Positions 21,995 to 32,018 are shown, counted from the stretch's first letter. The stretch: 64,000 bases of DNA from Halanaerobiales bacterium (GCA_018334565.1 JAGXLU010000002.1:49466-113465), one strand, 5' to 3'. The notes: a model not told the origin generated them from the letters alone. Numbers and translations: made by a program.

Positions 21995-22687
21995 ATGAAA
22001 ATAATCGGTTTAATTGGAGGCATGAGTTGGGAGTCTTCTCTACAATATTATAGAATAATCAATCAGCTTGTTAAAGCAAAATTGGGGGAACCCCATTCCA
22101 GTAAATGTATAATGTATTCTGTAGATTTTGCCGAATATGAAAAGTTGCAGCACGCAAATGAATGGGGATTGTTAACCGAAAAGATGATCGATATTGCCCA
22201 AAAATTAGAAAAAGCGGGTGCTGATCTTGTCTTAATATGTACAAATACCATGCATAAAATGGCACCGGAAGTAGAAAAGAATATAAAGGTCCCACTATTG
22301 CATATTGCTGATGCAGCTGGGGAAGAAATCAAAAAGAAAAAAATTAAAAAGGTGGGTCTCTTAGGTACCAAGTTCACTATGGAACAAGAATTTTATAAGG
22401 GGAGACTGCGTAAAAAACACGGAATAAAGGTTTTAATACCAGATGATAAAGAGAGGCAAATTGTACATGATGTTATATATAAAGAATTAATCTCTGGTAT
22501 AATAAAAAATTCATCAAAGGAAAAGTTCAAAAAAATAATTGAAAAACTTGCCCAGAGGGGAGCTGAAGGTGTTATTTTGGGATGTACAGAAATACCCCTT
22601 TTAATAAAAGAAAAAGACAGCTCTATTCAGATATTTGATACCACAACTATTCATGCAAAAATGGCGGTAAAAGAGGCTTTAAAATAA
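21995..22687 (+). CDS. Aspartate/glutamate racemase family (YgeA/RacX-like)
   Basis: IGLIGGMSWESS; ICTNTMH; ILGCTEIP. Confidence 0.93.
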   Translation: MKIIGLIGGMSWESSLQYYRIINQLVKAKLGEPHSSKCIMYSVDFAEYEKLQHANEWGLLTEKMIDIAQKLEKAGADLVLICTNTMHKMAPEVEKNIKVPLLHIADAAGEEIKKKKIKKVGLLGTKFTMEQEFYKGRLRKKHGIKVLIPDDKERQIVHDVIYKELISGIIKNSSKEKFKKIIEKLAQRGAEGVILGCTEIPLLIKEKDSSIQIFDTTTIHAKMAVKEALK

Positions 22688-22832
22688 GTTCAATTTATGC
22701 TATTTTTTATATATCAGTATTATTTTTCAGAAGTTATTAAAAATTTATCATAGTATAGATTAAAGAGGTGTTGTTTATAGGCCGAAATGAAAAAAGAGGG
22801 ATCATAGATCTGAAGAAATTGATAATTGAGAT

Positions 22833-23591
22833 TTAGACATCGATTTTTCTGACTTTATTAGGAAAGAGAAAGGTTTCAACCTTCTCAATTGAAGTGTTGA
22901 TCAAATCTTCATTATCTATTTCAGCTTTTTTCAAGACAGGTGAAAGGTGTTGTACTTTTCCAACCTGAGTATGAAAGTGAGCATCACTATTTAAACTCAA
23001 CCGTACACCATACTGTTTGGCCAGTTTACATAATCTGGTTGTCAAATTTACACTTCCTCTGCTTTGCTTTTTAAAGGGATGAAAGGAACTGGCATTCAGT
23101 TCTAGGATGACATCATATAGGCTGGCTGCTTTAACAACTTTTTCTATGTCTAATGGATAATAGATATTGGCCGGATGGGTGATCATATGAACCAGTGGAT
23201 CTTTAATAGCTTCTATGGTTGCATTTGTGTAGTCTTCTTTGTTCATCAAATTATGTCCTGTATTAAAATGCAGTCCAGCGGCAACAAAGTCAAGGCTTTT
23301 TAATCGTTCTTTACTAAGATCGAGCTTTCCTCTATCAAGAATATTTGCTTCGATACCTTTTAGTATTCTAACCCCGTATATTTCAGCCGGCAGGATACTC
23401 ATATTGCTAAAAAAGTATTTATGAGGACCGCCAGGCATATTAGGACCGTGTTCTGTGATGGCGATCATTTTCAAACCTTTATCAGAGGCAGTTCTTGCGA
23501 GTTCATCGATGGTTGAATAACCATGACCGCTGTTAACTGTATGAGTGTGTAAATCGGCTTTTATATTATACAATTGTTTACCTCTTTTCAT
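22833..23591 (-). CDS. PHP-family phosphatase (YcdX-like)
   Basis: DLHTHT..SGHGYST; AITEHGP; GIEANI; LNSDAH. Confidence 0.9.
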   Translation of the reverse strand: MKRGKQLYNIKADLHTHTVNSGHGYSTIDELARTASDKGLKMIAITEHGPNMPGGPHKYFFSNMSILPAEIYGVRILKGIEANILDRGKLDLSKERLKSLDFVAAGLHFNTGHNLMNKEDYTNATIEAIKDPLVHMITHPANIYYPLDIEKVVKAASLYDVILELNASSFHPFKKQSRGSVNLTTRLCKLAKQYGVRLSLNSDAHFHTQVGKVQHLSPVLKKAEIDNEDLINTSIEKVETFLFPNKVRKIDV

Positions 23592-23687
23592 TTTTTGACT
23601 TAATTGTATAATATAATATTATTATTACAGGCAAGTTAAAATAATTTTAAGAAAATGTTAATTTTCTCAAAAATAGGAGGGCTCACC

Positions 23688-24500
23688 ATGGGAGACCAAG
23701 AAATACTATTGAGTAAAGAAAAAGAAACCCTATTAGGACCACTATACTGTAGGGCAAGAGAAACAAAAAAAGAGGATCCCATCTTAGAAGATAAAAAAGC
23801 ACTAGAGATTTTTGAAAAAATGAAATATGACTTTTCTAAGATTAAAATGCCCGAAAAATCATGTATAACCCTGGTTATTAGAGCTGATAAAATTGATCAA
23901 TATGTAAGGGAATTTATAGCTGACAAAAAACAGGTTACTATTATCAATTTGGGAGTTGGTCTTGATAATAGATATGGCAGGATAAACCCCTGTAATACAG
24001 CTTGGTATGAACTTGATTTTTTAGAAGTAATTGAATTAAGGAAGAAATTCTATCAAAAACCTGATAACGTAGATTATATCGCTTCCTCTGTAACTGATTT
24101 GAAATGGATAAATCAAGTTAATTCAACCGGTGAGATATTAATTGTGGCGGAAGGATTGTTTATGTATCTGAAAGAAAAAAACCTTAAAGAACTATTGTTG
24201 AAACTACATAAAAGGTTTCCTGGCGCTAATCTCGTTTTTGATGCATATAGCACCTACACTGTCAAGAATATTAGCAAACATGCTTTCTTAAAAAAAACTA
24301 AAGCAGAGATATTTTGGGGCATTGATGATCCAAAACAGTTAGAAAAGTGGGGGGAAGGTATACAGTTTAAAGAAGAATGGTTTTTTACAGAGTATGAAGA
24401 TATTAAAAAATTATCTTTTTTTTATAGATTGGCATTTAAAGCAGCAGGCCTGTCTAAAATAGCCAGAAAGGCCCACCGTATTCTATATTATAAAATATAG
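23688..24500 (+). CDS. Class I SAM-dependent methyltransferase (LCM/TcmP-like)
   Basis: ETLLGPLYCRA; INLGVGLDNR; AEGLFMYL. ATG 23688 follows GGAGGG. Confidence 0.85.
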   Translation: MGDQEILLSKEKETLLGPLYCRARETKKEDPILEDKKALEIFEKMKYDFSKIKMPEKSCITLVIRADKIDQYVREFIADKKQVTIINLGVGLDNRYGRINPCNTAWYELDFLEVIELRKKFYQKPDNVDYIASSVTDLKWINQVNSTGEILIVAEGLFMYLKEKNLKELLLKLHKRFPGANLVFDAYSTYTVKNISKHAFLKKTKAEIFWGIDDPKQLEKWGEGIQFKEEWFFTEYEDIKKLSFFYRLAFKAAGLSKIARKAHRILYYKI

Positions 24501-24575
24501 CAAATTGTATTATGGTTAAAAACAATTCAGCTTAATCATCTATAAAAGAGGGAGGCAATGTTTTCTGTTTTGTAA

Positions 24576-25334
24576 TTACATTAATGTGCCTGCAAAGACC
24601 TGCCAAGCGAGTGCTGTTTTTGCAAATAAACTCAACACGATATACATTTTTTCACCATAGAGATAATCTTGCCAGCGTCCCACCTTTTTATATTGCAGGA
24701 GTTGATTTATAGCAAATATATTAAAGAAGATAAAGAGGGAGACAAATATTCCGATAACGAAGTTGGGTATGCCAACGGGTGATTTTGAACTGGCCGTCAA
24801 TAGTCTGATAAAAATAGTTATCCAGGGAGCTGCACCAGCTATACAGCCAAAGATAAAAGGTGACCAGACTACTTTTTCTGTATGTTGATTTAAGGATTCC
24901 ATAAGCCATCCGAAAAAAATCATCGAGGCATTGACGATAAATATTGATACTAATACACCGGCATCTGTGATACCTACTAACATAGCGATTATGATAATCA
25001 TCAGAGAACTGCTCAAAGAATATTCAATCCAGCGTGCTCGATTAATATGGTTTTTAATATTTTTTTGATACCATTTATAGGCAAAAGTAGCTACAGAGAA
25101 ATGGGCAATTGATGATAGAAACATAAAAAGGGCGACTAATATCCCCACTCGCACATCAAAGAAAGTTTCTGTACCGAATCTATCTGTGCCGGGCGGGCCC
25201 ATCATATATGAACTAGTAATAGAAATGGCAAAATCACTGCTGAGCCAGACCATAAATATAGCTTGTATTAAGTGGATAAAGCCCACAATCAAATTAAAAG
25301 ACCTTAATTTTTTAAACTTATTATTTTGAGTCAT
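24576..25334 (-). CDS. Heliorhodopsin
   Basis: LRSFNL..GFIHLIQA (TM1 His), SSIAHF (TM2 His), INRARWIEYSLSSSLM (Arg, counterion Glu), FGWLME, FNIFAINQ, Y..GEK.YIVLSLFAKTALAWQVF (Schiff-base Lys); basic N-terminus; AAGGGGG RBS. Confidence 0.95.
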   Translation of the reverse strand: MTQNNKFKKLRSFNLIVGFIHLIQAIFMVWLSSDFAISITSSYMMGPPGTDRFGTETFFDVRVGILVALFMFLSSIAHFSVATFAYKWYQKNIKNHINRARWIEYSLSSSLMIIIIAMLVGITDAGVLVSIFIVNASMIFFGWLMESLNQHTEKVVWSPFIFGCIAGAAPWITIFIRLLTASSKSPVGIPNFVIGIFVSLFIFFNIFAINQLLQYKKVGRWQDYLYGEKMYIVLSLFAKTALAWQVFAGTLM

Positions 25335-25489
25335 ACTTATAAACCCCCCTTAATTATTATTTCTATTTATATAATTAAAGATTTAATCGATAACTCCTTT
25401 TTATCAACAAAAGAAGTTGCATTTCGAGAAGGTACTTAAGTGAAGGTTTATATAGAAGATCTATTTAATTTATGTAAAGGAGAATGTAG

Positions 25490-26389
25490 ATGTTTAAGTC
25501 AAAAAACAATAAGCTAATCAGTATCACCTGGTTGATAATGATCTTTAGTTCCATATTGCCTGTCATCCTGTTCAGAGAGCTATTTAATTTAAAAACAGAT
25601 TGGATAGAACCAACTCAATTGATAATATTAATTATTTTACTGCTTGTTTCATTTTTTGCAGACAGTCTTAAAGAAATACGCTTATTCTTATTTTTAATTT
25701 TTATTTTAAAGCTAACACAAGAACTGACTTTCTATATAAAGAACTCAGAACTCTGGAGTTTATGGTTTGAATTAGAATCTCCCAATTTTATTATGTGGCT
25801 TTTAAGTGGTCAACTTCTTAGGTTAACAGCCGCAGTTATAATATTTTTAATCCTGCTTTATTTTAAAAAGAAACCAGGTAATTTCTTTATTAAGAAAGGT
25901 GATATCGATGCAGAAGTTAAGCCAATTAAATGGATATTAAAAAAACCGACAACTTGGAAGAAATTTGGTACTGTTTTTATGTTTTATATAAGTTTAGGTA
26001 CAGTAATATTTTTACTGATAGCAGGAGGTATACCTTCTTTTATTCAATTAACAGGTTTATTAAAATTATTACCGTTTATTGTATTTTTTGCAGTGATCAA
26101 TGCATTTTATGAAGAACTGGCCTATCGGGCATCTTTTCTAAGTGTACTGGAAGAGCAAATAGGAGGTCCGCAGTCCGTATACATGACTTCAGTTCTTTTT
26201 GGAATAGGGCATTTTTATGGAGTGCCTTATGGAATGATTGGTGTTTTGATGGCAACATTTTTAGGGTATCTTTTAGGCAAAAGTATGTTAGAAACACGGG
26301 GCTTTTTCTGGGCATTTTTAATACATATGGTTCAAGATATTATCATATTTTCATTTTTAGCATTAAATATGTTCAAGGTAGGTGGGTAA
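25490..26389 (+). CDS. CPBP/Abi (CAAX protease-like) intramembrane metalloprotease
   Basis: EELAYR; FGIGHF; AFLIHMVQD; multiple TM segments. Confidence 0.88.
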   Translation: MFKSKNNKLISITWLIMIFSSILPVILFRELFNLKTDWIEPTQLIILIILLLVSFFADSLKEIRLFLFLIFILKLTQELTFYIKNSELWSLWFELESPNFIMWLLSGQLLRLTAAVIIFLILLYFKKKPGNFFIKKGDIDAEVKPIKWILKKPTTWKKFGTVFMFYISLGTVIFLLIAGGIPSFIQLTGLLKLLPFIVFFAVINAFYEELAYRASFLSVLEEQIGGPQSVYMTSVLFGIGHFYGVPYGMIGVLMATFLGYLLGKSMLETRGFFWAFLIHMVQDIIIFSFLALNMFKVGG

Positions 26390-26472
26390 AAAATTGCATA
26401 TAAATTTTTAAATTAATATTAGAAGACATTTTTTTAAAAAGTTTTCATATGAAGATTAAAAAGGGAGGGTAG

Positions 26473-26955
26473 GTGTTTGAATTGAAGATAGGCATCATAG
26501 TGTATTCACAGACTGGCAATACTTTTTCTGCGGTAGAACAACTGCAGAAAAAGCTTAGTAAAAATGGTCATAACGCTTATATTGAGAGGCTAAAACCACT
26601 TAATCCAGATAAAATAAAACCCGGTACTGAAAATATTAAGTATAAAGAAGTGCCTGATTTAACAAAATATGAGGGGTATATATTTGCTGGACCTGTACAT
26701 GCTTTTTCCATATCAGCAGGTTTACAAAGTTATCTAAATGAGATTCATAGCCTTGATAATAAGAAGACAGCCTGTTTAATAACTAAGGGTTTACCGTTTA
26801 ATTGGACGGGAGGTAATAGGGCTTTAAATCAGCTAAAAAGATTAGTTAAATCTAAAGAAGGTGAATATATTGCAGGAGGTATAATTAATTGGATGAACTA
26901 TAAAAGAAAAAAGGATATTGAAAAAGTAACAGCGAAAATCAGCAGTTCATTTTAG
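26473..26955 (+). CDS. Flavodoxin-like protein
   Basis: IIVYSQTGNT FMN-binding loop; FAGPVHAF. Confidence 0.82.
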   Translation: MFELKIGIIVYSQTGNTFSAVEQLQKKLSKNGHNAYIERLKPLNPDKIKPGTENIKYKEVPDLTKYEGYIFAGPVHAFSISAGLQSYLNEIHSLDNKKTACLITKGLPFNWTGGNRALNQLKRLVKSKEGEYIAGGIINWMNYKRKKDIEKVTAKISSSF

Positions 26956-27002
26956 AAGATAAATATTTGTGGTAATATTTACATATTCAATCCAAATAAA
27001 GG

Positions 27003-27860
27003 ATGAAAATTATGCATAAAAATTTAGTCATTATTGAAGGGTTGCCCGGTTCTGGTAAGAGTACTACAGCAAAATTAGCTAAAGAATTACTTGATAAAAA
27101 TAATGTGGATAGTAAATTAATTCTGGAAGGAAATCTCAATCATCCAGCAGATTATGATAAAGTGGCTTACTTTAATAAAAAAGAATTTGATCAACTCTTG
27201 AGAAATAATAGTAGTTATAGAGATCTCATTATTGATATTTCTGTTAAAAAATCTGATGGTTATTTTATTTCATATTATATACAGAAAAAAAGGCGCAAAG
27301 AAGAAATATCGGATGATTTATATAAAAGAATAATAGACAATGACATCTATGAACTGCCTTTAAAAGTTAATAAAAATGTTATATTAAAAAACTGGCAGAG
27401 ATTTGTAAAAAAAGCTAAAAGAGAAGATGATATTTACATATTTGAATGTTGTTTTATACAAAACCCCTTAACTATCGGCCTAGTCAAATACAATGCGTCA
27501 AAAGAAAGGATATTTAACTATATATTGGATATTGAAAAAATAATCAATAAACTGAATCCAATCTTGATATATTTAAAACAAAATTATATAGAGAAAACTT
27601 TTTATAAAATATCAAAAGAGAGGCACAGTAAATGGTTAAATAGTTTTTTAAATTATTATACCAAACAAGGTTATGGACTTTCTAAAAAGTTGTCTGGATT
27701 TAGTGGGACAATTGAAGTCTTAAAAAAAAGGTTGGAATTAGAATTAGAAATATATAATAAATTGAATATTAATAAATATTTAATTGATAATTCTCATTAC
27801 AATATCGAAATCTTAAAGAGTGCTTTATTAAATATTTTTCAAAGAGAAACTTTGCTTTAA
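27003..27860 (+). CDS. P-loop NTPase/kinase of unknown substrate
   Basis: LVIIEGLPGSGKST Walker A; EGNLNHPAD; IFECCFIQNP. Confidence 0.7.
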   Translation: MKIMHKNLVIIEGLPGSGKSTTAKLAKELLDKNNVDSKLILEGNLNHPADYDKVAYFNKKEFDQLLRNNSSYRDLIIDISVKKSDGYFISYYIQKKRRKEEISDDLYKRIIDNDIYELPLKVNKNVILKNWQRFVKKAKREDDIYIFECCFIQNPLTIGLVKYNASKERIFNYILDIEKIINKLNPILIYLKQNYIEKTFYKISKERHSKWLNSFLNYYTKQGYGLSKKLSGFSGTIEVLKKRLELELEIYNKLNINKYLIDNSHYNIEILKSALLNIFQRETLL

Positions 27861-28002
27861 ATAACAAAAAAGGGTTTCACTACAGTTTAAAGAAGCTAAT
27901 TAATATAAAAAAGTAAAAAAGATTTTTGATAGTTTTTTAAAAAAAGCTCAAGCAATTCCAATATTTTAGATGAATATAAACTGAAAAAGAGGTGATGTAA
28001 AA

Positions 28003-28836
28003 ATGATCTTGGGTATTGATATTGGTGGTTCTACCACAGATATAGTAGCTTTTGATCAAGGGGAGATAATTGACTTATTTACAGTTGAAGCGAGTGATCC
28101 CACCACATCTGCTTATGGCGCGTTAGGCAAGATGTTAACAAAAAATCAGTTGGGAATATCAGATATAGAAAAGATAGCTATCACGGGAGTTGGTTCTTCT
28201 TATATTGATTCAACAATTTTTGGTTTAGATACTATTAATGTCAAAGAAATTGATGCTATAGGTTTGGGAGGCTCTTATCTTTCAAATATGGATAAAACTT
28301 TGGTAGTTAGTCTGGGAACCGGAACTGCCATGGTCAGTGTCGATGGTAAAAAAATTAGACATATAGGTGGAACTGGCATTGGTGGTGGAACTTTACTTGG
28401 CCTGGGCAAAGGCATCATAAATGTTATGGATTTTGATGAGATAATAGACCTTGCCAAAAAAGGGGATCTAAAAAAAGTCGACTTAACAATAGGTGATATT
28501 TCTAATGAAGCAGTGGGTAATTTAACGCGCTCAACTACAGCGTCTAACCTGGGTAATATATATAAAGTAGCTGAGAAAAAGGATTATGCTAAGGGAATCT
28601 TGAATCTTATTTATCAAACTATAGGCATGTTAGCTGTATTTGGTGCTGAAATGACCAATAATAAAGATATAGTATTTACAGGTAAATTAGCACAGATAGA
28701 TATTGGTATTGAGATTTTAAACAGCCTGAGAAATATTAAAGCTGATGATTTAATTTTTCATTTTCCTGAACACGCTACATTTTCTACAGCAATAGGTGCG
28801 GCAATAGCTGTCTTGAACAACAGCAGAAAAGAATAA
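28003..28836 (+). CDS. Type II (fumble/CoaW-like) pantothenate kinase
   Basis: GIDIGGSTT; ITGVG; SLGTGT; GGTGIGGGTLLGL; VDLTIGDI; TASNLG. Confidence 0.82.
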   Translation: MILGIDIGGSTTDIVAFDQGEIIDLFTVEASDPTTSAYGALGKMLTKNQLGISDIEKIAITGVGSSYIDSTIFGLDTINVKEIDAIGLGGSYLSNMDKTLVVSLGTGTAMVSVDGKKIRHIGGTGIGGGTLLGLGKGIINVMDFDEIIDLAKKGDLKKVDLTIGDISNEAVGNLTRSTTASNLGNIYKVAEKKDYAKGILNLIYQTIGMLAVFGAEMTNNKDIVFTGKLAQIDIGIEILNSLRNIKADDLIFHFPEHATFSTAIGAAIAVLNNSRKE

Positions 28837-28858
28837 TGTATCAAGAACACGAGGTGGT

Positions 28859-29716
28859 TTGATGAAAATATTTTATGGAATTTTAGCCCTATTATTAATA
28901 GTTTTAATCCTAATTTTTTTGGTTTCTCAATTTGGTAATATAACTTTTCAAAAAAAAGCAGAAGAAGAAATTTCAAGAATATTGTCTGAAAAAAGTGAGA
29001 AAGACCCCAAAATAATCAGTGAAGATGATTTGAATGATCTACCTGAACCGGTAGCAAGGTGGATGAGGTTTAGTCAGGTAGTGGGGAAAGAGAACATTAA
29101 GACTCTCAGGTTAAAACAATCAGGATTAATGAGGATAAAACCCGGTCAGACGGGCATGAAAACTACTGCTGTCCAGTATTTTAACACAGAAAATCCTTCT
29201 TTTGTCTGGCTGGCAAGAGTTAATATGGCTCCCTTTATCTTTTTTGCTGGTAAGGACAAATACGAAAACGGCAGAGGCCAGATGTTGATTAAAGCATTAT
29301 CTATATTAACTGTGGTGGATGCTGAGGGAAAAGAGATAGATCAGGGGACATTGACCAGGTACTTAGGCGAGATAATCTGGTTTCCCACCACAGCTTTGAG
29401 TGATTATATTAGCTGGGAAGAAATAGATGATTATTCAGCTCAGGCCAAGATGAGTTATAGAGGAGTGTCTGCTTCAGCAGTATTTAACTTTGATCAAAAA
29501 GGTAGGGTAAAGAGTTTTACCTGTGACCGATACTATAGTGGAGAAGAGGGATATAGCTTAAAAGAATATTACGCTCCGGTTTGGGATTATCAGGAATTTG
29601 CCGGCATAAAAATACCCACCCAGGCAAAAGCTATATGGAAACTTAAATCAGGTGATTATGAATATTACGAGATGAAAATAACTGAGATAGATTATAACAT
29701 TGAGGACCTTTATTGA
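28859..29716 (+). CDS. Membrane-anchored conserved protein (DUF6544/DUF6920-like)
   Basis: N-terminal TM; DLPEPVARW; RYLGEIIWFPT; ISWEEIDD. Confidence 0.65.
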   Translation: MMKIFYGILALLLIVLILIFLVSQFGNITFQKKAEEEISRILSEKSEKDPKIISEDDLNDLPEPVARWMRFSQVVGKENIKTLRLKQSGLMRIKPGQTGMKTTAVQYFNTENPSFVWLARVNMAPFIFFAGKDKYENGRGQMLIKALSILTVVDAEGKEIDQGTLTRYLGEIIWFPTTALSDYISWEEIDDYSAQAKMSYRGVSASAVFNFDQKGRVKSFTCDRYYSGEEGYSLKEYYAPVWDYQEFAGIKIPTQAKAIWKLKSGDYEYYEMKITEIDYNIEDLY

Positions 29717-29717
29717 T

Positions 29718-29789
29718 ATAATTTCAATTAAAGTGATAGAAACTACGGTTTCCTCGCAAACCTCATGGGCTTACCCCGAGGAGGTTCAA
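29718..29789 (+). mobile_element. Possible miniature or remnant IS200/IS605-type element
   Basis: GC-rich patch with hairpins GAAAC-TACG-GTTTC and AACCTC-ATGGGCTTACCCCGAG-GAGGTT, ending in TTCAA and preceded by TTGAT. Confidence 0.4.
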
Positions 29790-29871
29790 TAACAATGGTC
29801 TTAAGCATTTTATTTAATTAATTGATCAATTTGATATCAATATGATTTTAGTTTAGGAGGAGTTAAATTTT

Positions 29872-30708
29872 ATGGAAGTATCTATTTTAGTTGATAATAA
29901 CACGATTATTGATAAGTATTTTAAAGGTGAACCAGGTTTTTCTGTTTATATCAAAGAAGCCGATAAAAATATTTTATTCGATCTGGGTTACTCGGATATA
30001 TTTATTGAAAATGCCCAACAGTTAAATCTTAACTTAAATGATATCGATTATTTAGTTTTTTCCCACGGGCACATAGACCACACCGGTGGTCTAGATCCAC
30101 TGATTAAATACTACTTTGAAACAAAAGAACATAAGAGAGGGAAGATACCTCAAATAATAGCTCACCCGGACTGTTTTGCCAATAAATATTATGGCAATAA
30201 TTCTTCAATAGGAATGAATGTGGATAAAGAAGTAGTTTATAATCTATTTGAAGTAAAAAAGAGTAAAGCCCCACTATGGCTAACTGAAAAATTGGTCTAT
30301 CTGGGAGAAATTCCTCGTGAAAATGATTTTGAAGCTGATCAACCAATTGGATATCAAAATGAAATCAAAGCAGGCTATGAAGATTATATGTTAGACGATA
30401 CTGCTTTGGCATATAAGGCTAAAGAAGGCCTAATAATTATCACTGGATGTTCTCATGCCGGTATTTGTAATATAGTAAGTCGGGCCAAAAAGGTTACAGA
30501 TGTTAAAAATGTTATTGATATCATAGGTGGTTTCCATTTGATGGAGCCGGGAAAAGAAAAATTAGAAAAGACCAAAAAATATTTAAACGATCTTAACCTT
30601 AATCAACTACATGCTTGTCACTGTACCGATTTAAAAAGCAAAATTAAATTGGCTCAAATAGCCGACTTGCAGGAAGTAGGAGTGGGAATGCAGTTTAAGT
30701 ATGAATAA
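29872..30708 (+). CDS. MBL-fold metallohydrolase (COG1237-like)
   Basis: ILFDLG; SHGHIDHTGG; ITGCSHAGI; IGGFHL; CHCT. Confidence 0.88.
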   Translation: MEVSILVDNNTIIDKYFKGEPGFSVYIKEADKNILFDLGYSDIFIENAQQLNLNLNDIDYLVFSHGHIDHTGGLDPLIKYYFETKEHKRGKIPQIIAHPDCFANKYYGNNSSIGMNVDKEVVYNLFEVKKSKAPLWLTEKLVYLGEIPRENDFEADQPIGYQNEIKAGYEDYMLDDTALAYKAKEGLIIITGCSHAGICNIVSRAKKVTDVKNVIDIIGGFHLMEPGKEKLEKTKKYLNDLNLNQLHACHCTDLKSKIKLAQIADLQEVGVGMQFKYE

Positions 30709-30768
30709 TTTAAAAAATTCCAATAAAAGATAATTTAGATGGAGTTTATGAATAAAGGTTGGTGCACT

Positions 30769-31632
30769 ATGAACTTTTTAAATTATGTATATAATAATGA
30801 TATTACCCTTTTAGATGGAGCAATGGGTACAGAGTTAGAAAAAATGAATGTGATGGGCAATTTCGCCAATAATATAGATAATAAAGAAATAGTAAAAAAG
30901 ATACATCAAGGCTATATTGAAGCAGGCAGTAAGGCGATTATCACGAACACTTTTTCATTGAATAGGATTTATCTAGCAGATAAAGATCTAAATTTAGCAT
31001 TGATTAATAGTCAAGGAGTGAAAATAGCCAAGGAGGTAGAAGGCAATGACATATTTGTTCTGGGAGATATCAGTTCTACAGGTAAGTTATTACAACCTTA
31101 TGGTCGTTATAAAGAAGAGGAATTTATCAAGGTTTTTTCTGAAAAAGCTGAGATCCTTGCCAGAGCAGGCGTAGATGCTTTTATAATTGAAACAATGGTT
31201 GATCTTAGAGAAGCCGTTTGTGCATTGAAGGGATGTAAGAGGAGTTCTGACTTACCGGTGATAGTATCTATTTCTTTTGATAGGTTAAAGGGTGGAGGAA
31301 GAACTGTGATGGGTGATACTGTTAAAGAATCCGTAATAAAATTACAAGAAGAAGAGGCAGATATAATAGGAAGTAATTGTGGTTCTTTAGGACCTCATCA
31401 AATGGCCGAGGTTATAAAAATTATGGAAGAACATACTGATCTACCAATTTTAGCTAAACCAAATGCGGGTTTACCTATCTTACAGGGGAAAGAAACCTTA
31501 TATATAATGGAACCTGCTGATTTTACAGAAGGTATCCTGGCCTGTATAGAAGCAGGTGCTTCTCTGGTAGGCGGTTGTTGTGGTACAACCCCTGAGCACA
31601 TCAGAGATTTACACAATACTATCAATAAATAG
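30769..31632 (+). CDS. Homocysteine S-methyltransferase domain protein (stand-alone N-terminal module of MetH)
   Basis: LLDGAMGTEL; IITNTF; IIETM; GSNC; AKPNAGLP; VGGCCGTTPEHI. Confidence 0.9.
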   Translation: MNFLNYVYNNDITLLDGAMGTELEKMNVMGNFANNIDNKEIVKKIHQGYIEAGSKAIITNTFSLNRIYLADKDLNLALINSQGVKIAKEVEGNDIFVLGDISSTGKLLQPYGRYKEEEFIKVFSEKAEILARAGVDAFIIETMVDLREAVCALKGCKRSSDLPVIVSISFDRLKGGGRTVMGDTVKESVIKLQEEEADIIGSNCGSLGPHQMAEVIKIMEEHTDLPILAKPNAGLPILQGKETLYIMEPADFTEGILACIEAGASLVGGCCGTTPEHIRDLHNTINK

Positions 31633-31663
31633 CTCGAAATATATTAAAAACGCAAATAAATGC

Positions 31664-31692
31664 TTGACTTTTATTTTATAATTATGTATTAT
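31664..31692 (+). promoter_or_regulatory. SigmaA promoter of the T-box/proBAC transcript
   Basis: TTGACT (31664-69), 17 nt, TATTAT (31687-92). Confidence 0.65.
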
Positions 31693-31721
31693 AATAGATA
31701 ATTATAAGTGAATAAAGATTA

Positions 31722-31983
31722 TTGACAGTGAACAGGATAAGTAGTTAAAATGATATTCAAAGAGAGTTGGGGTTGGTGAGAGCCCGATAATATTTATTTT
31801 AATGAAACCCACCTGGGAGTTGTAAGCTGAAAATAGTAAGCTTTGCCGGAAGTCAACCGTTATCGAGACAGGTTATATAAGTTTTTATACTTGTGTAGCT
31901 TAAATTAAGTGGACTTATAAGAAGTCAACAAGGATGGTACCGCGAGAGCAACCTCGTTCCTATTAAGGGAATGAGGTTTTTTG
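31722..31983 (+). ncRNA. T-box riboswitch, proline specifier
   Basis: Stem I features (CAGG..AGTA..AGAGAG..GGTGAGA..GAA-A-CCC-A-CCTG; specifier CCC = Pro), CCGTTA, T-box AAGGATGGTACCGCG (about 31930-44), then terminator AACCTCGTTCC..GGAATGAGGTTTTTT; upstream of proB. Confidence 0.93.
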
Positions 31984-32018
31984 TATTTAGAACACTTTTA
32001 TATTTTTAAGAAAGGGAG

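Noticed and set aside
21247-27860. Macrodomain, Abi/CPBP and P-loop genes as an anti-phage island
   Set aside because: Each is a common stand-alone family; there are no SIR2/TIR, toxin or nuclease partners and no shared operon.
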